DNA of 64,000 nucleotides. Source: Candidatus Woesearchaeota archaeon. GTDB taxonomy: Archaea; Nanobdellota; Nanobdellia; Woesearchaeales; SM23-78. Positions 57,697-64,000 of the stretch are shown in pieces. Position 1 is the first letter of the stretch, and each line of letters opens with the position of its first letter. Location: positions 149,340-213,339 of the forward strand of contig JAFGGS010000016.1 in the NCBI GenBank assembly GCA_016930415.1. Reading direction: 5' to 3'. Below the pieces are notes generated by a model, which saw only the letters and a program-made list of their open reading frames with translations, had not been told where the DNA came from and did not search any database. Made by a program: the position numbers and the translations under genes.

Positions 57697-58602
57697 TTGG
57701 CTGGAAAGAAAGACAAGAAAAATAGGGAAGACCTGATGATAGGCGGCCAGGCCGTCATCGAAGGGGTCATGATGAGGACGAAGGACACCTACGCAGTGGC
57801 TGTCAGGAACAAGAGAAGAGGAATCACTGTCCAGAAGCAGAAGTTCCACTCCGCGACCCACAAGTCAAGCATCCTGAGGCTCCCGCTGCTGCGAGGCATG
57901 GTGATGCTCTTCGAGACCATGATCCTTGGGATAAAAGCCCTCAACTTCTCTGCAAGCATGGAATTCGAGAACGAGATACCCTCAAAGAAAGACCTGGAGA
58001 AGGGAATACTCCTGACGATGATATTATCATTCATATTCGCGATCGCCCTCTTCAAGTTCCTCCCGCTACTGGTAGCATCGCTCTCGACCAGGATAATAGG
58101 CGAGAGCAACATATTGTTCAACGTGGTTGACGGAGTGACGAAACTAGCCATCCTGATAGCGTACCTGCTCGCAATATCCTTCATGCCTGACGTGAAGAGG
58201 CTCTTCCAATACCACGGGGCAGAACACAAGTCAGTCGCCTGCTACGAGGACAAGAAGAAACTCACTCCCGAGAACGTGAAGAAGTACAAGAAAGAGCACG
58301 CCAGATGCGGAACAAGCTTCATCATGATAGTCATCTTCCTAAGCATACTAATCTACTTGTTCATACCGATGGCAACAGGCTTCTGGGCGAAGCTCGGGTT
58401 GAGAGTGCTACTGCTCCCAGTGATAGCAGGCACATCCTATGAGGTCATACACCTGAGCGGGAAGCATGACAACTGGCTCACCCGCTCGCTGGTATACCCA
58501 GGCATCCTGGTCCAGAGGCTCACCACAAAGGAACCTGACAAGAAGCAGATCGAAGTCGCAATCGCATCGCTAAAAGCAGCAGTCGGAAGAAAAGACATCT
58601 AG
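57697..58602 (+). CDS. DUF1385-family membrane protein (YqhQ-like)
   Basis: IGGQAVIEGVMMRTKD and YHGAEHKSVACYE are the two hallmark DUF1385 motifs, with about 4 TM helices. Confidence 0.7.
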   Translation: MAGKKDKKNREDLMIGGQAVIEGVMMRTKDTYAVAVRNKRRGITVQKQKFHSATHKSSILRLPLLRGMVMLFETMILGIKALNFSASMEFENEIPSKKDLEKGILLTMILSFIFAIALFKFLPLLVASLSTRIIGESNILFNVVDGVTKLAILIAYLLAISFMPDVKRLFQYHGAEHKSVACYEDKKKLTPENVKKYKKEHARCGTSFIMIVIFLSILIYLFIPMATGFWAKLGLRVLLLPVIAGTSYEVIHLSGKHDNWLTRSLVYPGILVQRLTTKEPDKKQIEVAIASLKAAVGRKDI

Positions 58603-58621
58603 AGAGAGAAAGAACAAAAGA

Positions 58622-59002
58622 TCATATCCGCTCAACGACCTTGAAAGCCTCTTTCCGAGACACGAAAGACTCAGGAGCCCAGACATCAAGCCTCCTCTCG
58701 AACTTAGTGAAATCATCCTTCTTCAAAGTGGTCTTAAGCCTGGATATCATTGCGATGACGGTCTTCTGGGAAAAGACAACACCCTCCTTAAGCGAATTGA
58801 CCTCATCCTTGAGCTCCTTAAGAGAGGCAGCCACCTCCTTCCTGCGAAGCTTGACCCGCGCATCCATCTGATCCAGGGACTGGTCGTGCTCAAAAGTCCT
58901 GGACTCAAGGAAAGAAGCCCGATCAGCAATCCTCTTGATGTAGCCAGCAACCTCATGCGCCTCATCCATGCCAGGAAGTTCTTCAGCCATACAAGCCTCC
59001 AT
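58622..59002 (-). CDS. Hypothetical coiled-coil protein
   Basis: 126 aa with heptad-like charged pattern (RRKEVAASLKELKDEVNSLKEG). No family recognised. Confidence 0.45.
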   Translation of the reverse strand: MEACMAEELPGMDEAHEVAGYIKRIADRASFLESRTFEHDQSLDQMDARVKLRRKEVAASLKELKDEVNSLKEGVVFSQKTVIAMISRLKTTLKKDDFTKFERRLDVWAPESFVSRKEAFKVVERI

Positions 59003-59115
59003 GCGGGAGCGGATATAAATAGTTTACCAATTATTGATGACTGATATTTATCCACCAAAAAGTTTAAATAGTAAGGTCATAATTTAAAGACTAAAAAGAG
59101 GGGTGAATTAACAGG

Positions 59116-60990
59116 GTGGACGAGTTAGTGCCTCCAGCGCCGCCTGGAGAGGACAAGAAATCCAAGAAAGGGTTCTTATCAAAGATATTCAGCGGAAAAG
59201 AAAAAGAGAACCTTAAAGAGACCGCTGCAGCGCCGCTACCAGAGACGCCTCCAGCCCCGGGCCTGATGGCAGCCCCACCGCTCAAGGATGATGAGCCTGA
59301 GAAAGCCAGCGCAGCTACAGGCAGTGATGATCTTGACCTTGATAAGATAAGAAAACAGCTAGGCCTTGACAATGCAGAGCCAACCCCAAAATCGCCTTCT
59401 TACCTTCCTGAAGAACCATCAAAGAACGAGCTGAAAGCAAAGCCAAGACCCAGCATTGATGACCTGAAACCAAGATATTCTCCAAAGGACACGCTTAGCC
59501 TTCCGAAGCTTGAGGACTCGGTCAGCAAGTACGACCCTTCTGACTTCGCAAAAGACCCGCGAGACCAAGCGCCCGGCGTCGAAATCCCAAAATCCCCTAT
59601 TGAAGAGGCGATTCCAGACTATAAGAGCGTGGACTACCCATTCGACCTGAAGAAGGACTATAAGAGCATAGAGAAGCCACGCCCGGTCAAGGACGTGAAG
59701 TGGACAGAAGATATCGAACCTGAGGAAATAAATAAGAGCTCCCAATTCACAAAAGATATTATCTCCAAGCCAGAAGAGGCTAAGAAGGGGGAGAAGAGCG
59801 AGTTTTTAGAAGATGTCGGTGAAGAAGCCAAGGAAGCCAGGAAAGACGAGAAGAAAGCAGAGCCAAAGAAACTTGACAAGAAACAGGAAAAGGATATAGA
59901 CGTGCCAATGCCTCCAGAGACAGACAAGGCTAGAGGCGGCTTTGACTTCACCCAGGAGCCAGAACCAGTAACACCTGGCGCAAAGGAGATAGAGCTGCCA
60001 GACATCGAACCGTTGCCAGGGGAATCTCCCTTGAAGAAGGAAGAGAAGAGAGCGGCAGAGATTAAGCCAGAAGCAAAGCCTGAAGATAAGAGAACAGTTC
60101 CGGAAGAGAAGCCTGCAAGGAAGCACGGCAAGCATGATCATCAGAAGGCAGAGAATAAAGAACAGCCAGAAGAGAAGCTGGAAGAAGTGAAACCAGAGAG
60201 GATTGAGGATCAACCCGAGCAGAGGAGAGCCATATCCGAGAGGATACTCAAGTTCACAGAGAAGGTAAGGGCCAATATCAGGCGCGAAGTGAAGACAGAG
60301 GAGAAGAAGAAGCTGCTCAAGCAGATCGAGGAGGAGAGGAAAGCCCTTCAAGACGAAAAAGAAGCCTTTGAGAAGGAGAAGATAAGAGTGGCTGGTCTTG
60401 ACAACAAGCTCAAGTTCAAGGAGAAACAAATCTCGAAAGAGAGGGAAGGCATAGAGAAAGAAAAGCAGTCCCTGAAAGCTGAGAGGGAGCAGCTGGAGGC
60501 GGACAGGAAAGACGCAAAAAGCCTGAAAGCGAAGCTTCCGCACCTGCGAAGAGAAGACGAGAGACTCACGAAGCACATCATGGACATGAAAGAACGCTTA
60601 GAGCTCAACGAGAAGATCGAGAAGAACCTGGGGCAGAGGGAAGCAGCCCTGAAAGAAGCACAGGAAAGCCTTGAGAAGATGGAAGCCGCCATCAGGGAGC
60701 GTGGATTCTCAGAATTCCTGGACAACACGATCAGCGGAAGACAAGTAGTATACCCCTCGTTCTCAGGGAAGGAAGACGAGCAAACGAAGCCGCACAGCGA
60801 GATATACGAGATAGTGGACGAGTGCAGAGGCCTCATATGGGAGCACAAGCTCGAAGAGGCCAAGAGAGCATATATGAAAGCCAGGGATATCTACAACAAG
60901 CTCGAGGGAAAAGTGCCTGAGAGCGAGGAGATATACAATCTTATTCGCGAACTCTATGATGATATAAATCTTGCCCTCATAAAAGGATGA
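59116..60990 (+). CDS. Highly charged Lys/Glu-rich coiled-coil protein (624 aa)
   Basis: Long K/E/P-rich low-complexity region, then coiled-coil (KKKLLKQIEEERKALQDEKEAFEKEKIRVAGLDNK...) and a compact C-terminal domain (YEIVDECRGLIWEHKLEEAKRAYMKARDIYNKLEG). Confidence 0.55.
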   Translation: MDELVPPAPPGEDKKSKKGFLSKIFSGKEKENLKETAAAPLPETPPAPGLMAAPPLKDDEPEKASAATGSDDLDLDKIRKQLGLDNAEPTPKSPSYLPEEPSKNELKAKPRPSIDDLKPRYSPKDTLSLPKLEDSVSKYDPSDFAKDPRDQAPGVEIPKSPIEEAIPDYKSVDYPFDLKKDYKSIEKPRPVKDVKWTEDIEPEEINKSSQFTKDIISKPEEAKKGEKSEFLEDVGEEAKEARKDEKKAEPKKLDKKQEKDIDVPMPPETDKARGGFDFTQEPEPVTPGAKEIELPDIEPLPGESPLKKEEKRAAEIKPEAKPEDKRTVPEEKPARKHGKHDHQKAENKEQPEEKLEEVKPERIEDQPEQRRAISERILKFTEKVRANIRREVKTEEKKKLLKQIEEERKALQDEKEAFEKEKIRVAGLDNKLKFKEKQISKEREGIEKEKQSLKAEREQLEADRKDAKSLKAKLPHLRREDERLTKHIMDMKERLELNEKIEKNLGQREAALKEAQESLEKMEAAIRERGFSEFLDNTISGRQVVYPSFSGKEDEQTKPHSEIYEIVDECRGLIWEHKLEEAKRAYMKARDIYNKLEGKVPESEEIYNLIRELYDDINLALIKG

Positions 60991-61072
60991 AAGGACATAT
61001 CCTGGGCAAGCGCTGCAACAACCCGCAATAAGAGTTCTGTCCAAGAGAAAGACTTGACCTGAGGCCAAGGAA

Positions 61073-61492
61073 ATGATAACATACACTCCAGAAGAGATAG
61101 CGCTAAAAGAAGGGTATTCCAAGAGGACAGGACACGTCTTCTCAAGCCCGGAAGAGACCATCAGTATGTTCAGGCGCATGAAGCCTCATGAACGGGACAG
61201 ATGCGCCCGCAGGCTTGAGAAGTTCATCGAGATAATGACAAGAAACACAAGGGGAGGGGAGGCCTTCGAGAACCCAGACTATTCATGGATGGTGAAAGAC
61301 TACACCCAAAGGCTTGAGATGATCACGCAGATAGAGGAAGAACGCAACAGCTGTCAGGAACAGGCCCCTAATCTTCACCAGAGGATCCTCTCATTGCTCT
61401 TGGTCCACACGAGACAAGATCATCCTTCACCTCAAAGCGCACATCAAGGAACTTCTCAGCCACGTAAATATTTGATAAGGTGTGATCAGTGA
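61073..61492 (+). CDS. Hypothetical protein; the tail overlaps the convergent rtcA
   Basis: The first ~100 aa look protein-like (MITYTPEEIALKEGYSKRTGHVF...). The last ~40 aa overlap the rtcA 3' end and are probably not coding. Confidence 0.25.
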   Translation: MITYTPEEIALKEGYSKRTGHVFSSPEETISMFRRMKPHERDRCARRLEKFIEIMTRNTRGGEAFENPDYSWMVKDYTQRLEMITQIEEERNSCQEQAPNLHQRILSLLLVHTRQDHPSPQSAHQGTSQPRKYLIRCDQ

Positions 61493-62456
61493 CCTTATTG
61501 GTCCTAATAACCCCGCCAACGACCGCAAGATAAGGTATCAACTGGTCGCAGAGATACTCATCAACACAAGCACCGGACTTGATGAATCCTATCAACGAGT
61601 CAGAAGCCTCGAGCCCCACCTGCTCTGCGCGCTTCCCCCTCTCACCAAGAGAGTCAGCCCCTAAGACCACAGGATTCAGGAAGTCTATCTCATCAGTTCC
61701 AAACAAGGCCCAAAGGACAATCCCTGAGCCAGCGCCAAGGGAATTCGAGTATTCATTCATGACAGCCACAGGCACGCCAAGCTCTTTTAGCCTGAGCTTC
61801 GCGCTCTCGCCCTGACGCTCAGATACCTTGTGCTCCTCTAAGTCTACAGAGGCATGGCTAGACCCTCTCACCTGCAGAAGGTTACCTCTTGAAGTGAGCA
61901 GGATCTGCTTTAGGCCATCGTGATCGTCCTCTCCACTAACAGAGTGCCTTCCATTAATAGATATCCTGACCTCACCCCCACCCTTAGGATAATACCCTCT
62001 CTTGAAGAGCTGGACGTCGACATCAGCAAACCTCCTGAGTTGAGGTAAGAAGACGTTCTTCAGGTAATCAAAAGGCTGAGACCAGGAGACGTCAGTCCCG
62101 CCTATTATAGTGAAGACAGACCTCTTCTTGGAGAACACAGCAGGCAAGAGAAGAGACTGCAAGAAGAGCGTGACCGACCCGGCAGTGCCAATATCAAACC
62201 TCCTGATGCCACCCTTATAGTCTCCTGGCTTGAAGAAGACCTCTGTGCTGCCAAGGGAATTTCCCCAGACAGTCGCGCCGCAGACCTCTGCAGCCACGTT
62301 GAGCGCCGCCAAGTGCTGGTAAGAGAGCCCAGGCTTTGGCCTGTTGCTCCTGATATTCTTGACATTGACCTCCTTGCCAGTCAATATGCTCAGCGCAAGC
62401 GCCTGCCTAAGGACGCTGCCGCCCCCCTCTCCGAAACTGCCATCAAGCTGGATCAT
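61368..62456 (-). CDS. rtcA: RNA 3'-terminal phosphate cyclase
   Basis: MIQLDGSFGEGGGSVLRQALALSILTGKEVNVKNIRSNRPKPGLSYQHLAALN matches the RtcA N-terminal signature. A TATA-like TTTATAC lies 22 nt upstream of this ATG; the ORF-track start at 62537 adds an implausible Cys-rich leader. Confidence 0.8.
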   Translation of the reverse strand: MIQLDGSFGEGGGSVLRQALALSILTGKEVNVKNIRSNRPKPGLSYQHLAALNVAAEVCGATVWGNSLGSTEVFFKPGDYKGGIRRFDIGTAGSVTLFLQSLLLPAVFSKKRSVFTIIGGTDVSWSQPFDYLKNVFLPQLRRFADVDVQLFKRGYYPKGGGEVRISINGRHSVSGEDDHDGLKQILLTSRGNLLQVRGSSHASVDLEEHKVSERQGESAKLRLKELGVPVAVMNEYSNSLGAGSGIVLWALFGTDEIDFLNPVVLGADSLGERGKRAEQVGLEASDSLIGFIKSGACVDEYLCDQLIPYLAVVGGVIRTNKVTDHTLSNIYVAEKFLDVRFEVKDDLVSCGPRAMRGSSGED

Positions 62457-62963
62457 GCCAACCATTGGTATGGCTGCGTATAAATAGTTAATGAAAGAAC
62501 AACAGATGAAAGGAAGCAAACATGATGCCTGATTCAAAGAAGACGGCGTCTAAGAGAGCATCTTAAAGAACAATACGACCCTTAAAAGATAAACAGCCAG
62601 ATATCAGAAAAGACCTCTGATCCAGCATGGAAAAACATGGAAAAGGACGTGAAAATGCAAAACCTATCAGAGCCCCTTCTCAGACCAATCTACATACTCA
62701 TCCTTCATATAGTCGCAGTAGTGGATGTCATCAAGGCTGTCGAACTCAATCTCGCAATCGACAGACTCAAGATCCACGCACTTGCCGCTACGGCACATTA
62801 TCCTATCATCTTTCATTATCCCACCCCGAAAACCTTATACAGAACCAGACATCAAGGCTATTAATTAATTCTCTTGAAAGATTAAAAGAAATCTTTAAGA
62901 GAAAAAAACCAGACATAAAAATATTGTTCAAAGAATTTCAGACGAGAAAAACCATAAGCCTGC

Positions 62964-63194
62964 TCACTGCTCGCTAGGCAGCTTCCTCTTGATTTCAATA
63001 GGAAGGACTCCCTGCTCGAACTCGAGCTTGGCGATCTCCAAAGGATTATACCTAAGCTCCTCAAGCTGCTTTGGCGTGAGCTTGACGAGGAACGGAGCTC
63101 CCATGCTGATCTGAAGCGCCCTAGCCCCTATAAGCCTTGCCTTCTCGAATTTAGTGTACTCATCATCCCTTAATGGTTCAATTTCCAGATTCAT
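62964..63194 (-). CDS. rpoK: DNA-directed RNA polymerase subunit K (Rpo6/omega)
   Basis: YTKFEKARLIGARALQISMGAPFLV...PLEIAKLEFEQGVLPIEIKR matches the Rpo6 consensus. Confidence 0.85.
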   Translation of the reverse strand: MNLEIEPLRDDEYTKFEKARLIGARALQISMGAPFLVKLTPKQLEELRYNPLEIAKLEFEQGVLPIEIKRKLPSEQ

Positions 63195-63229
63195 CCCAAT
63201 ATCACCATGCTTTTTTCATGACTGCAAAA

Positions 63230-63994
63230 TCAAGCCATCCCAAGGGCCTTCTTTATGAGGCCTCTAAGCTCCTGGCTCTTCTGAACAGCGAGGTCTATCA
63301 TCTCATTTAAATCTTTTACGGTCAAGCTGGCGTTCCCCCCCTTCTGCATGGCGCAAAGAGTCCCATCCTCAAGGACCGCAATCGTAAGCCTTGCATCCAG
63401 GCTCTGATACTCAGCGTCATTAGGATCCACTATCAGGTTATCCCCTATCTTACCGATGGTTACAGGCAACGGCATGGCATTAAGAGGAATCTTCTCACCA
63501 GTCTTAGAGCCAGGCACGACCTTGTCATTCTCAAGCTTAGGCATCCTAGCGTTGTAGAGCGCGGTCAAGGAAGCGACTCCGCCGATGTCGATCAGGTTTC
63601 CATCATAGTTGATCGGCAGCACGTCGACCATGACGTTCCAGACAAGCTCTCCAGGGGTTATGCAAAGCTTCTTAGTATCCATTGCCTTGCCCTCACGGAT
63701 GCCGCGATCAATCACCCTCGCAACCTCTATCGACTCGATCTTAGGAGGACCTGGCTCGAACTGGGGATTCGAGAGCGGAAGCATCTCAGAGCTAAACATC
63801 ATAACTCCATCCTCCTGGCTGTCAGGATAAGGCTTTGCAACATCCATCTTAACCCCGGCAACCACCTGAGTATCTCCGCAGGTCACCATCGCGCTGCCCT
63901 CTGCAGTCGCGACGACGCCTATCTTTATCTCGATAGGCCTAAACTCATCTTTCTTGCGGCCATCAAGCCTTATGCCCTTGTTCAGGGCCTGCAA
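63230..63994 (-). CDS. rrp42: Exosome complex component Rrp42 (RNase PH-like); N-terminus may extend past the window end
   Basis: GIRLDGRKKDEFRPIEIKIGVVATAEGSAMVTCGDTQVVAGVKMDVAKPYPDSQEDGVMMFSSEMLPLSNPQFEPGPP and IDRGIRE...LCITPGELVWNVMVDVLPINYDGNLIDIGGVASLTAL match the Rrp42 pattern. Confidence 0.7.
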   Translation of the reverse strand: MQALNKGIRLDGRKKDEFRPIEIKIGVVATAEGSAMVTCGDTQVVAGVKMDVAKPYPDSQEDGVMMFSSEMLPLSNPQFEPGPPKIESIEVARVIDRGIREGKAMDTKKLCITPGELVWNVMVDVLPINYDGNLIDIGGVASLTALYNARMPKLENDKVVPGSKTGEKIPLNAMPLPVTIGKIGDNLIVDPNDAEYQSLDARLTIAVLEDGTLCAMQKGGNASLTVKDLNEMIDLAVQKSQELRGLIKKALGMA

Positions 63995-64000
63995 TATGTG

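Noticed and set aside
59658-60863. Minus-strand ORFs (157, 256, 171 aa) opposite the K/E-rich protein gene
   Set aside because: Reverse-complement translation of a GAA/AAG-rich gene gives Phe/Leu/Ser-rich artefactual ORFs.
62627-62977. ORFs 62627-62977 and 62637-62864 in the rtcA/rpoK intergenic region
   Set aside because: Short, overlapping ORFs with His/Arg/Cys-rich composition and no start context. The region more likely holds the rpoK 3' UTR and rtcA promoter.

Overview
This is an archaeal chromosomal segment. The evidence is a split RNA polymerase B''/B' with rpoH upstream, rpoL, rpoK, cbf5, rrp42, rtcA, an intron-containing tRNA-Lys and mostly leaderless TATA promoters. Core housekeeping genes sit at both ends (1-5.2 kb and 55-64 kb). 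The middle ~45 kb is a cell-envelope island with three parts. First, five very large Cys-rich, heavily sequon-decorated surface proteins share a recurrent C-terminal cassette: a 6-Cys module, a poly-Gly tract, a W-C-W-C mini-domain, a TM helix and a basic tail. Two of them share a novel repeated ~90-aa Cys domain. Second, two visibly AT-rich glycan cassettes in mirror orientation flank two of these giant genes. Each carries Wzx, GT4, Wzy and a CapK-like ligase; one also has a fused double GT4, tandem Stealth-family paralogs and WecG next to gmd/fcl. Third, a bacterial-type Wzx/Wzy-dependent polysaccharide export module (WbaP-like initiating transferase, Wzz-like co-polymerase, radical SAM/SPASM enzyme) contains an exosortase/archaeosortase-family gene and a small PEF-CTERM protein. 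Other notable items are a secreted protein with an OMP-like C-terminal beta-barrel signature translationally coupled to a giant Cys-repeat gene, the dolichol-carrier genes uppS and uppP flanking a giant glycoprotein gene, a convergent overlapping RHH/PIN pair, a SPASM-domain pseudogene remnant and a 14-nt duplication of the tRNA-Asp 3' end. No CRISPR array, transposase or integrase was seen.
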